From Kiritimatiellia bacterium (GTDB lineage Bacteria > Verrucomicrobiota > Kiritimatiellia > RFP12 > UBA1067): 64,000 nucleotides of DNA. Position numbers and translations under genes: made by a program. Positions 1 to 8,490 of this stretch are shown piece by piece (position 1 is the first letter of the stretch; each line of letters opens with the position of its first letter). The notes under the pieces were generated by a model. The model was not told the DNA's origin and did not search any database. It was given only the letters and a program-made list of their open reading frames with translations. The stretch lies in the NCBI GenBank assembly GCA_045617985.1, contig JAZLJP010000054.1:3330-67329 (forward strand), read 5' to 3'.

Positions 1-10
1 GACTGTTCAG

Positions 11-2422
11 ATGTTTCTAACGGCGGGCGCGCTGCTCGCCGGTGGAGCGCTTTTCGCGGCGCCGCATGGGCGCGTGGCGCTCCATACGTGGCTCACGTCG
101 GCGGAGTTCAAGGATATCTCCGTGACGGGGGCCGATGGCAAGGTTCTTTGGACGGGCCTTCCCGATCCTGCCGTGGCGACGAAGGGCAACGAGGGCCATT
201 GGGAAATCCGCGACGGTGCCATCCGCCAGACGGATCTGAAGGCGACCTCGGGCTCGACGCTCACCTTCGGCGATCCCGCGTGGACCGACTACACGCTCAA
301 GATGAAGGCGCGCAAGCTCGGCGGCCAGGAGGGCTTCATCCTCCACGTGCGCGAGCAGAATCCCGCCCAGTGCATCTACGCGAACTACGGCGGCTGGTAC
401 AACGCGAACCACGCGCTCGAAACGCGGGGCGACTATGCGTTCGCTACGCCGATGAAGCGCGACTACGGCAAGATCGAGACGGGGCGCTGGTACGACCTCG
501 AAGTGACGTGCAAGGGGGAGCGCGTGACGATGAAGCTCGATGGCAAGTGCATTTTCGAGAACACCGAGGTGCGCGATACGGCGCTTGAGGACGAGCCGAA
601 CACGATCGTGGTGGATGCGAACAAGACGCGTTTCCCGGTGGCGGAAGACCAGTGGGGCATCTTCTTTGAAGACATCGACCTCTCGCTCGACGGCGGCGTG
701 TACGCTGAACTCGTGCGCAACCGCAGCTTCGAGGATGGCCAGGGCCGGCATGATCCGGCGGATCTGATGGCGCTCGGCTACTGGAGCCCTGTCGGTCGCT
801 CGCATCTCTCGATCGATACGTCGAAGCCCTCGACGCCGTCCGGCTTCAACCGCAAGAACTGTCGGGTCGAGGCGAAGGCCGGGGGCGGCCTTGCGAACGA
901 CGGCTATTTCGGCATCGCCGTCAAGGAGGGCGCGCAGTACCGCCTTTCGGTGGCGCTGCGCGGCGCGGCGGGCCCGATCGACGTTTCGCTCGAATCGCTC
1001 GGCAACCCCGCCTACGCGAAGGCCTCGATTCCGGCGTTGACGGACGAGTGGAAGACCTACAACCTCGAACTCACGTCGAACGGGACGGATCCGACGGCGA
1101 AGCTCGTGTTCCGCACGGCGAAAGGCGGCACGTTCTGGATCGACTGCGTGTCGCTCTTCCCGAAGGATACGTACGGTACGAGCGGCCTCTTCCGGAAGGA
1201 TCTCATGGAGCGCCTCGCCGGCCTCAAGCCGAGCTTCGTGCGCTTTCCGGGCGGCTGCTGGGTGGAAGGCGACACGATGAAGGACGCCTACCGCTGGAAG
1301 ACGACGATCGGCTCCATCTGGGACCGCCGCACGCAGTGGAACATCTGGAACTACTGGAGCGCGAACGGCGTGGGGTTCCACGAATACCTCGTTCTCTGCG
1401 AGGAACTCGGCGCGAAGGCGCTCTTCTGCATCAACTGCGGCATGAGCCATCGCGAAGTGGTGCCGCTCGACAAGATGGGCGAGTTCGTGCAGGACGCGCT
1501 CGACTGCATCGAGTACGCGAACGGCCCCGTGACCTCGAAGTGGGGCGCCGAGCGTGCGAAGAACGGCCACCCGAAGCCGTTCAACCTCAAATACATCGAA
1601 ATCGGCAATGAGAACGGCGGGCCGAACTACCATCCGCGCTATGCGCTCATCCACGACGCGCTGCAGAAGTACCATCCCGAGATCAAGATCGTGAGCGATC
1701 TGTGGCATGGGCCGGTGAAGGGACGCCCGCAGCACATCCGCGACGAGCACTACTACATGTCGCCGGATTGGTTCATGTCCACGGGGGCGCAGATGTACGA
1801 GACGCGTCCGCGCGGCGAATACGAAGTGTTCGTGGGCGAATACGCCGTGACGCGCGACGTGGGCCGCTGGGGCGATCTGCGCGCGGCGATCGGCGAGGCG
1901 GCGTTCATGCTCGGCCTCGAGCGCAATGCGGACCTCGTGAAGCTCGCCGCGTACGCGCCGCTCTTCGCGAATGCGAGCCACACGAAGTGGAAACCGAACC
2001 TCATCTATCCGATGACGGACGGCAACTTCGTGAACCCGAGCTGGAACGTGCAGAAGCTCATCAGCGAGAACCGCGGCAAGGACGTTTTGGCGTTCACGCA
2101 GACCTCGCGCGTGATGACCACGAAGGAGAATCGCCGCTGCCGCGCGATCGCGGCGTCGGCCGTGCGCGAGGCGGATGGCACGGTGCTCGTGAAGGCGGTG
2201 AACTGCTCTGAAGTGCCGCAGCCCATCACGGTGTCGCTCGCGGGCACGCAGGTCGCGAAGGCCGAGAAGACCTGGTTCACGGGCCCGGGGGCGCGCGCGA
2301 GCAACTCGCCGATGAACCGCGAGGCCCTGAAGGAGCAGGCGGGCGTGGCGACGCTCAAGAACGGTGCGGTTGTGGAAACGCTGCCGCCCCTGTCACTGAC
2401 GGTGTTCCGTTTGGCGCGGTAG
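11..2422 (+). CDS. GH51 alpha-L-arabinofuranosidase with N-terminal DUF1080/ConA-like module
   Basis: 803-aa ORF with a signal-like N-terminus (MFLTAGALLAGGALFAAP). The HWEIRDGAIRQ module is followed by GH51-type motifs FPGGCWVEGD, YIEIGNENGG and FVGEYAV. The frame is open back to base 2, so the true start may lie upstream of the window. Confidence 0.8.
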   Translation: MFLTAGALLAGGALFAAPHGRVALHTWLTSAEFKDISVTGADGKVLWTGLPDPAVATKGNEGHWEIRDGAIRQTDLKATSGSTLTFGDPAWTDYTLKMKARKLGGQEGFILHVREQNPAQCIYANYGGWYNANHALETRGDYAFATPMKRDYGKIETGRWYDLEVTCKGERVTMKLDGKCIFENTEVRDTALEDEPNTIVVDANKTRFPVAEDQWGIFFEDIDLSLDGGVYAELVRNRSFEDGQGRHDPADLMALGYWSPVGRSHLSIDTSKPSTPSGFNRKNCRVEAKAGGGLANDGYFGIAVKEGAQYRLSVALRGAAGPIDVSLESLGNPAYAKASIPALTDEWKTYNLELTSNGTDPTAKLVFRTAKGGTFWIDCVSLFPKDTYGTSGLFRKDLMERLAGLKPSFVRFPGGCWVEGDTMKDAYRWKTTIGSIWDRRTQWNIWNYWSANGVGFHEYLVLCEELGAKALFCINCGMSHREVVPLDKMGEFVQDALDCIEYANGPVTSKWGAERAKNGHPKPFNLKYIEIGNENGGPNYHPRYALIHDALQKYHPEIKIVSDLWHGPVKGRPQHIRDEHYYMSPDWFMSTGAQMYETRPRGEYEVFVGEYAVTRDVGRWGDLRAAIGEAAFMLGLERNADLVKLAAYAPLFANASHTKWKPNLIYPMTDGNFVNPSWNVQKLISENRGKDVLAFTQTSRVMTTKENRRCRAIAASAVREADGTVLVKAVNCSEVPQPITVSLAGTQVAKAEKTWFTGPGARASNSPMNREALKEQAGVATLKNGAVVETLPPLSLTVFRLAR

Positions 2423-2425
2423 GCG

Positions 2426-3079
2426 ATGTTCACGGGATTGATCCAGAAGGTCGGCACGCTCAAACGCGTGTCGCGGGGGAAGGGCCTCGTGCTTGAATTC
2501 GCGTTCGAGCCGTGGCCCGAGCCCTTGGTGCCGGGGGAAAGCGTGGCCGTGAACGGCGCGTGCCTCACGGTGTGCGCCGCGGGCGCAACGCGGTTTACGG
2601 CCGACGTCTTGGGCGAAACCGAGCGGCGGACGAATCTCGCGGGGCTGATTCCGGGCGCACGGGTCAATCTCGAACGGGCGATGAAAGCGGGCGACCGCTT
2701 TGGCGGGCATGTGGTGCAGGGGCATGTGGACGGATGCGGCACGATTGCCGCGCGCATCCCGAAGGGGCGCGACTTCGCGCTCAAGATCTCCTGCCCGCGT
2801 GCCGTGGCCGCCGCGACGGTGCTCAAGGGATCGATCGCCATCAACGGCGTTTCGCTCACCGTCAGCGGCGTGGGGGACGATTGGGTGCAAGTGGAAGTGA
2901 TTCCCACGACGGCGGCGGAGACGAATCTCGGTGCCGCGCGCGTGGGCGACGTCGTGAATCTCGAAAGCGACGTGTTGGGAAAATATGCCATCCGCCGGGA
3001 GGAACTTGCGGCGGAGGATGCGCCGCCGCAGGGAGGGGGCCTTACGATGGCGATGCTCGCGGAGAATGGGTTTCTATGA
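2426..3079 (+). CDS. ribE: riboflavin synthase (alpha chain)
   Basis: 217 aa. Canonical MFTGLIQKVGTL start and two lumazine-binding repeats (GESVAVNGACLTV and GSIAINGVSLTV). Confidence 0.9.
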   Translation: MFTGLIQKVGTLKRVSRGKGLVLEFAFEPWPEPLVPGESVAVNGACLTVCAAGATRFTADVLGETERRTNLAGLIPGARVNLERAMKAGDRFGGHVVQGHVDGCGTIAARIPKGRDFALKISCPRAVAAATVLKGSIAINGVSLTVSGVGDDWVQVEVIPTTAAETNLGAARVGDVVNLESDVLGKYAIRREELAAEDAPPQGGGLTMAMLAENGFL

Positions 3080-3924
3080 AGCAGGTTTTGTTCAGGATGG
3101 CGCCCGTGGCGGCGCTGCTCGTGTGTGCGACGGGGGGCTGGATGTGCCAGCGCGGCGGGGCGGCGCGCGCGGCCGAGGAAACGGTGGCGCCGTCGCCGGC
3201 GGCGGAGATGATCGTGGCGGGCCTTGGCGGGTTCCGCGGCATTGCGGCGGAAGTCGTGTGGTTCCGGGCGGACCGTTTGCAGGATGAAGGGCGCTACGCG
3301 GAACTCGCGCAGCTCGCGACATGGCTCACGTTCCTCGAGCCGCACACGCCGGAAGTGTGGGCGTTTACGGCGTGGAATCTCGCCTACAATGTGTCGGTGA
3401 TGATGCCGACGCACGCCGATCGCTGGCGTTGGGTGGAGGCGGGGCTCAAGCTGTTGCGCGACGACGGGCTCAGGCTCAATCCGGGCGACCCCGTGTTGTA
3501 CAAGGAACTCGCCTGGATGTTCCTCCTCAAGTTGGGCGGTACGCTCGACGAGGCGGGCGACTACTATCGCCAGGAGTGGAAGGACATGGTCGCCGCCGCG
3601 CAGAAGGCGGGCGGCTGGGCCGCGCTCGGGCTCGACAAGGCGAAGATGGAGGCCGTCGATGCGAAATACGGCAAGCAGGATTGGTTCAACCCGTATGCCT
3701 GTGCGCTCTATTGGGCGGTACAGGGGCTCGAGACGGTGAAAAAATCCGATCAGCGCGCCGAGCTGCGCCAGGTGCTCTACCAGGCCTTGATGCTCGAAGC
3801 GCGCAAGGAACCGCGTTTCGCCCAGCGGGCTCTCGACGAGATGCGCGCAGCCTATGCGGAAAAACCTTCTCAGATGCTCCTGCAGATCATGGTGAAATTC
3901 AAGGAAAACCACGGCCTCGACTGA
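3076..3924 (+). CDS. hypothetical exported/membrane-anchored protein
   Basis: The ATG at 3076 overlaps the ribE stop (ATGA). N-terminal hydrophobic segment MKQVLFRMAPVAALLVCATGG. The composition looks like a real protein (W-rich, WNLAYNVSVMM). I recognise no family. The longer 2512 start would overlap ribE and reads as R/G-rich junk. Confidence 0.55.
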   Translation: MKQVLFRMAPVAALLVCATGGWMCQRGGAARAAEETVAPSPAAEMIVAGLGGFRGIAAEVVWFRADRLQDEGRYAELAQLATWLTFLEPHTPEVWAFTAWNLAYNVSVMMPTHADRWRWVEAGLKLLRDDGLRLNPGDPVLYKELAWMFLLKLGGTLDEAGDYYRQEWKDMVAAAQKAGGWAALGLDKAKMEAVDAKYGKQDWFNPYACALYWAVQGLETVKKSDQRAELRQVLYQALMLEARKEPRFAQRALDEMRAAYAEKPSQMLLQIMVKFKENHGLD

Positions 3925-3952
3925 GCGGAAACGGCGGCTGGGCGCCGTGGAT

Positions 3953-4029
3953 TGGTGGGACAGGCGGGAATCGAACCCGCAACCTACGGTTTAGGAAACC
4001 GTCGCTCTGTCCAGTTGAGCTACTATCCC
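3953..4029 (-). tRNA. tRNA-Arg (anticodon CCT)
   Basis: The reverse complement reads GGGATAGTAGCTCAACTGGACAGAGCGACGGTTTCCTAAACCGTAGGTTGCGGGTTCGATTCCCGCCTGTCCCACCA. Acceptor stem GGGATAG/CTGTCCC, anticodon loop TTCCTAA, T-arm GGTTCGATTCC, encoded CCA. Confidence 0.9.
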
Positions 4030-4046
4030 GTACCCGGCGAGTTGAT

Positions 4047-4055
4047 ATGATAGCA
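4047..4055 (-). promoter_or_regulatory. extended -10 element upstream of tRNA-Arg
   Basis: The minus strand reads TGcTATCAT, 17 nt upstream of the mature tRNA 5' end. The -35 is weak. Confidence 0.35.
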
Positions 4056-4064
4056 AATATCCGC

Positions 4065-4093
4065 TTCACATGCTAGGAAGTATTTGATAAAAT
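4065..4093 (+). promoter_or_regulatory. sigma70-type promoter of the TadC-like operon
   Basis: TTCACA (4065-4070), N17, TGaTAAAAT (4085-4093). The ATG at 4112 lies about 12 nt after the predicted TSS. Confidence 0.5.
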
Positions 4094-4111
4094 TTACGTA
4101 ACGGAAAAACT

Positions 4112-5032
4112 ATGCTTATCGACATCCATCATCTTCCTATCGCTCTTTGCTGGGCGGTTTGTGCGGTCGGGTTCGCCTACTATGCCGCTTCGATCGCGCG
4201 CGAGATCACGTATGTGACCCTCGCGGACGGGCGCAAGACGGAGCGGAAAATCCCGCTTCTCATGCGCCTGTTGTTGCCGTTTGTCCAGAACCTTTCGGGG
4301 TTCGTCGGCGGGAAGGGATTCGATAAGGCGCGTGGCCAGGCGGAGTGGATGCTCGTGGCGGCGGGAATGGAGGGACTCCTTTCGGCGAATGAATTTCTGG
4401 CCCTCAAATACCTGATGCCGCTCGTGTACGGCGGCTTTTGGGCGCTCTTCGTGTTCGCCATCGGGGCGATGATGCCGAATTCCGTCTTTTCGGAGAACGG
4501 TCTGCCGCTTTCGCTGATGGGCATTTTCTGGTTCTACATCTCTCCGCTTTCGTGGCTCAGGCGCTCGCTCAAGAAGCGGCATCTTTCCATCATGCGCGCC
4601 CTGCCGTTCGTGCTCGACCTGCTCACGCTGAGCGTGGAGGCGGGCATGGACTTCATGAGCGCTTTGCAGCGCAATTGCGAGCGGCGGAAACTCGACCCGC
4701 TCAATGAGGAGCTCATTCGCATGACGAAGGAGATCCAGGTGGGTACGCCGCGGCGGGTTGCGCTCAAGAACATGGCCGAGCGGGTGAGGCAGCCCGACTT
4801 GAAGAGCGTCGCCTACGCGCTCATCCAGGCGGACGAGCTCGGCGTTTCGATCGGCTCGATTCTGCGCATCCAGAGCGAGCAGTTGAGAGGGCGCCGATTC
4901 GACCGTGCGGAGAAGCTCGCGAACGAGGCGCCGGTGAAAATGCTGGGGCCGCTGATGTTGTGCATCTTCCCGGCCGTATTCGTCATTCTCTTGGGGCCGA
5001 TCCTCATGCAGGCGGCGAAGAGCGTCTTTTGA
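4112..5032 (+). CDS. type II secretion system F-family platform protein (TadB/TadC-like, single T2SSF domain)
   Basis: 306 aa with N-terminal TM segments. T2SSF core LPFVLDLLTLSVEAGMDFMSALQ...EIQVGTPRRVALKNMAERV...ADELGVSIGSILRIQSEQLR...KLANEAPVKMLGPLMLCIFPAVFVILLGPI. Confidence 0.8.
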   Translation: MLIDIHHLPIALCWAVCAVGFAYYAASIAREITYVTLADGRKTERKIPLLMRLLLPFVQNLSGFVGGKGFDKARGQAEWMLVAAGMEGLLSANEFLALKYLMPLVYGGFWALFVFAIGAMMPNSVFSENGLPLSLMGIFWFYISPLSWLRRSLKKRHLSIMRALPFVLDLLTLSVEAGMDFMSALQRNCERRKLDPLNEELIRMTKEIQVGTPRRVALKNMAERVRQPDLKSVAYALIQADELGVSIGSILRIQSEQLRGRRFDRAEKLANEAPVKMLGPLMLCIFPAVFVILLGPILMQAAKSVF

Positions 5033-5051
5033 TTCGAGAGGGAATTAATCC

Positions 5052-6416
5052 ATGAGCCAGAAAACACCTCAGATTATGATCACGACGGGTCCGTTGCAGG
5101 GCCGCTGTTTCGATGTGCCGCCGGCGGGGTTGCGGTTGGGGCGGTCGTCGTCGTGTGAAGTCGCAATCAACGACCCCGCGCTTTCGCGCAACCATTGCCT
5201 CTTCGAAATTCGGGATGGGGCTCTGTGGGTGACGGATCTCGCGAGCGCCAACGGCACGTTTGTGAACGGCGAGTTGTTGGGGGCGGATTCGCGCGAACTC
5301 AAGGCAGGCGATGTCGTGGACGTGGGCGAGTCGAAGTTGATGACGATTCTCGGGGGGATGCCGCTGCCGAAGACGGCGGTTCGACTGACGCCCCAATCGC
5401 CCGTTGCGCCCCAATCGCCCGTTGCAGAAGAGGCGAAAGTCGATTTGGGCCTCGGGAAGCCGGCTGAGGATATTGAAGGCGAGACGAACGGCGCGCGTGC
5501 GCCGATGCGGTTTATCGTGTGGGGCCTTGCGCTTCTGGCGGTGGTGGGAGCCGCTGCGGTGATTCTCGCCGGCGGCGAGAGGAAGGCGATCGAACCCGAA
5601 ACCAAACCGCTTTCCAAGGAGGATACCACGCTCTATTCCGTGCAGTTCGAGAAGATCGAGGCCGACAAGGAGAGCGTCTACCGATACGCGTTGTCCCTGG
5701 ATCGTGCGGGCGTTATGACGGTGGAAATCGATGACGTGCCGAAAGAGAACCGTCACGTGCGCAAGCCCCAGCAGCTTTCGTCCAATGCCGTGGAGCGCCT
5801 CGCGGCGATGTTGGACAAGCCCGAGCTCTACAAGCTCTCGCCCGAATATTCCGGTGTGCCGCTCGTGGCGGGTACGCTCAAGAGCTTCGCCCTGCGCATC
5901 GTGCGCGGGAACAAGGTGTTCGCCACGACGATCGAGAACACGCAGGAACCGGAGGTGTTCCGGGCCGTTCGCGAAGAGCTTGAGACGTTCTCGAAGAACG
6001 AACTCGGCATCTGGGCGATTCAGTTCTCGGCCGAAAAGCTGGTGGAAATGAGCAAGGAACGCCGCCGGGAAGGCGATGCCAAGTGGGAGGAGCGTGAGGT
6101 GCAGTATGGCAATATCGCTGCGGCGCTGGCGGCCTACAACGAGGCGATCTTCTATCTCGACACGGTCAATCCGAAGCCGGAGGACTACGGGGCGCTCGTC
6201 AACAAGCGCGGAGAGGTGGCGAAGGAACTCGACAAACGCTACCGTGACCAGCGTTTCCGCGCGGATCGTGCGATCAACCTCGCCGATTGGCGTACGGCCC
6301 AGCGGGAACTGCGCGTTTTGTGCGAGATGGTGCCCGATACGAAGGACGATCGTCACGCGGAGGCGGCGAGCAAGCTTCTCGATGTGGAGAACCGCATGAA
6401 GAAAGGACTGAAATAA
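5052..6416 (+). CDS. FHA domain-containing membrane protein
   Basis: N-terminal FHA signature LRLGRSSSCEVAINDPALSRNHCLFEIRDGALWVTDLASANGTFVNG. A P/Q-rich linker with a duplicated PQSPVA is followed by a TM segment (FIVWGLALLAVVGAAAVILAGG) and a C-terminal domain of about 270 aa. Confidence 0.85.
   Translation: MSQKTPQIMITTGPLQGRCFDVPPAGLRLGRSSSCEVAINDPALSRNHCLFEIRDGALWVTDLASANGTFVNGELLGADSRELKAGDVVDVGESKLMTILGGMPLPKTAVRLTPQSPVAPQSPVAEEAKVDLGLGKPAEDIEGETNGARAPMRFIVWGLALLAVVGAAAVILAGGERKAIEPETKPLSKEDTTLYSVQFEKIEADKESVYRYALSLDRAGVMTVEIDDVPKENRHVRKPQQLSSNAVERLAAMLDKPELYKLSPEYSGVPLVAGTLKSFALRIVRGNKVFATTIENTQEPEVFRAVREELETFSKNELGIWAIQFSAEKLVEMSKERRREGDAKWEEREVQYGNIAAALAAYNEAIFYLDTVNPKPEDYGALVNKRGEVAKELDKRYRDQRFRADRAINLADWRTAQRELRVLCEMVPDTKDDRHAEAASKLLDVENRMKKGLK
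5391..5426 (+). repeat. 18-bp tandem duplication inside the FHA gene linker
   Basis: ccccaatcgcccgttgcg followed by ccccaatcgcccgttgca (17/18 identical). It encodes PQSPVA twice. Confidence 0.9.
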
Positions 6417-7735
6417 TGAAGATGCGGATGATGGTGCTTTTGGGCGTATTTTGGGGCGCATTTTTCGCGGGTGCGGCGGAACCGGATGTGCCGGCGCGGC
6501 TTGACGTGACGGTAGAACCGGAGGGCGCGCGGGTCTTTGTGGACGGGCGTCTTCACAGCGCGGCGCCGTGTTCTGTTTTCGGCTTGACCCCGGGGTTCCA
6601 TCTTTTGCATATTGAAGCGCCATCCTGCGTGGCGCAGGATGCCTTTGTGGAAATCAAGCCGCATGCGTTCGTGCAGAAGGCGTTTCAGCTTGTCGAGGAG
6701 AAGGGGATCATCCTCGTGAAGACCACGCCGGCCGGCGCCGATGTGAAGTACAATGGCGTGTCGCTTGGTACGACGCCGCTTTTGGTGACGTCGCTGACGG
6801 CGGGCCGCACGCATGCCCTTGAGTTGGCGTTGAACGGGTACCAAACGAAGAAGATCGATGTGAAAACGGATGGCCGCCGCCCGCTTGTGCGCGAAGAGAC
6901 GCTGGCGCTTGATTCCGGCATCGTGGAATGCTCCTCGGAACCGGCGGGGGCGACGGTGCTGGTGAATGGCGTCGAGCGGGGCGTGACGCCGCTCAAGAAC
7001 CTCAACGTGCCGAAGGGCCTGGCAACGATCGTCTTCCGCCTGGCAGGGTACGAAGAGGAAACGCGCGAGATCCGTCTACAGCCCGGTGAGCGCCAGACGC
7101 TGGCCTTGAACTTGAAAGGCAAGGCGGCGCGGTTGAACATCGTTTCGCAGCCTGAGCAGGCCCGTGTTTTCATTGACGACGACTTCCAGGGCAAGACGCC
7201 GCTTGCGCTTTCGACGGTGCGGCCGGGAGAGCATGCGATTCGCGTGGAGCTTGACGGCTATGCGCCGCTTGTTCGAACGGTGCAGGTGGAGAATGCGGGG
7301 GAGTCGACGGAGGAGTTCAAGCTTGAAAGTACGCTTGGGCGCCTTGAAGTCATCACAACGCCGCCCGGGGCGCGGATCGTGGTCGATGGCCGCAGCGTGG
7401 GAACGACGGTGTCGCAAGGCGGCGATGCCACGAAGTCGAAACTCCTTCCGGTGGAGAAGGTTTCGGTGGGCAGCCATACCGTGCTCGTTCATTGCAACGG
7501 CTATCAGGATAAGGCCTTCAAGATCGTGGTGAAGTCCCGCGAAACGACGCAGCTCTACGCCAAGCTCGTGCGTCTCTTCCAGCCGGATACGATTGTGGAG
7601 ACGACCCGTGGCGTTGTGAGGGGCGTTCTCGTGAACAAGGATCCGCTCGGTAACATTTCAATCGAAACGGCGCCGGGCGTGCAGCAGTTGATTCCCGCGG
7701 CCGACATTCGCAAGATGGCCCCGATTGAAAAATGA
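6416..7735 (+). CDS. PEGA repeat protein (secreted)
   Basis: The ATG at 6416 shares one base with the upstream TAA (TAATG). Signal peptide MKMRMMVLLGVFWGAFFAGAAEP. Five PEGA-type repeats (VEPEGARVFVDG, TTPAGADVKYNG, SEPAGATVLVNG, SQPEQARVFIDD, TTPPGARIVVDG). Confidence 0.8.
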   Translation: MKMRMMVLLGVFWGAFFAGAAEPDVPARLDVTVEPEGARVFVDGRLHSAAPCSVFGLTPGFHLLHIEAPSCVAQDAFVEIKPHAFVQKAFQLVEEKGIILVKTTPAGADVKYNGVSLGTTPLLVTSLTAGRTHALELALNGYQTKKIDVKTDGRRPLVREETLALDSGIVECSSEPAGATVLVNGVERGVTPLKNLNVPKGLATIVFRLAGYEEETREIRLQPGERQTLALNLKGKAARLNIVSQPEQARVFIDDDFQGKTPLALSTVRPGEHAIRVELDGYAPLVRTVQVENAGESTEEFKLESTLGRLEVITTPPGARIVVDGRSVGTTVSQGGDATKSKLLPVEKVSVGSHTVLVHCNGYQDKAFKIVVKSRETTQLYAKLVRLFQPDTIVETTRGVVRGVLVNKDPLGNISIETAPGVQQLIPAADIRKMAPIEK

Positions 7736-8490
7736 CGCAACGATTGCGGTTAGATGCGTTGCTTTTTGCACGCGGCCTTGCGCCGTCTCGTACGGCCGCC
7801 CAGGCGTTGATCCTCGAAGGGAAGGTGCGCGTGGGCGGGGCGGTGGAGACGAAGGCCGGGCGGGCGGTGGCGGAAGATGCCGAAGTCGAGGTGGCGGCAC
7901 CGCCGCGTTTCGTTTCGCGCGGCGGGGAAAAACTCGAAGGGGCCTTTGCCAAATTCCCGGGGTGGCGGGTGGAAGGCCTCGTGTGTTTGGATGTGGGAAG
8001 TTCCACGGGGGGCTTTACCGACTGTCTGCTTCAGCATGGCGCTGCGCGGGTGATGGCCATTGACGTTGGAACGAACCAGCTTGCCTACAAGCTGCGCACC
8101 GATCCGCGCGTGTGGGTGCGCGAGAATTTCAACGCCCGCCATCTCACGGTGGCCGATCTGCCGGAGCAACCGGCGCGTGCGGTGACCGATGTCAGCTTTA
8201 TTTCCCTGAAGCTCATTCTGCCGCCGATGGCGGCGGTGCTCCTGCCGAGGGGCGAAATCGTGTCGCTCATCAAGCCGCAGTTCGAGGCGGGGCGGGGACA
8301 GGCCCCGGGGGGGGTCGTATCCGACCCTGCGGTGCGTGCGCGCGTTGTGGCGGATATCTCCCGCTTCGGGCAGGAGGAGCTCGGCTTGGATCTTCTCGGC
8401 GTGGAAGAGTCGCCCATTCGCGGGCGCGAGAAGGGCAACATCGAGTATCTCGCCTGGTGGCGCAAGCCGCAAGAGGAGGCGGGAAAATGA
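7732..8490 (+). CDS. tlyA: TlyA-family rRNA 2'-O-methyltransferase (hemolysin A family)
   Basis: S4-like N-terminus RLDALLFARGLAPSRTAAQALILEGKVRVGG, then FVSRGGEKLEGAF and the SAM motif LDVGSSTGGFTDCLLQHGA. The start overlaps the upstream stop (ATGA). Confidence 0.85.
   Translation: MTQRLRLDALLFARGLAPSRTAAQALILEGKVRVGGAVETKAGRAVAEDAEVEVAAPPRFVSRGGEKLEGAFAKFPGWRVEGLVCLDVGSSTGGFTDCLLQHGAARVMAIDVGTNQLAYKLRTDPRVWVRENFNARHLTVADLPEQPARAVTDVSFISLKLILPPMAAVLLPRGEIVSLIKPQFEAGRGQAPGGVVSDPAVRARVVADISRFGQEELGLDLLGVEESPIRGREKGNIEYLAWWRKPQEEAGK

Noticed and set aside
2423-2425. An FMN riboswitch (RFN element) upstream of riboflavin synthase.
   Set aside because: Only 3 nt separate ribE from the GH51 stop codon, so there is no space for a leader RNA.
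2512-3075. N-terminal extensions of ORFs that overlap the preceding gene (2512-3924, 8112-10526, 20833-22542, 24086-24763, 6287-7735, 14376-14996).
   Set aside because: The extended portions read as R/G-rich nonsense and overlap well-supported genes. In each case an internal ATG with stop/start coupling, or a signal peptide or family-typical N-terminus, gives a better model.
3931-3948. A hairpin ACGGCG-gctggg-CGCCGT between the hypothetical gene and tRNA-Arg, considered as a bidirectional intrinsic terminator. Similar weak hairpins follow 14996, 17877 and 61142.
   Set aside because: The stems are short (4-6 bp) with no adjacent U-tract on either strand. I cannot support calling them Rho-independent terminators.
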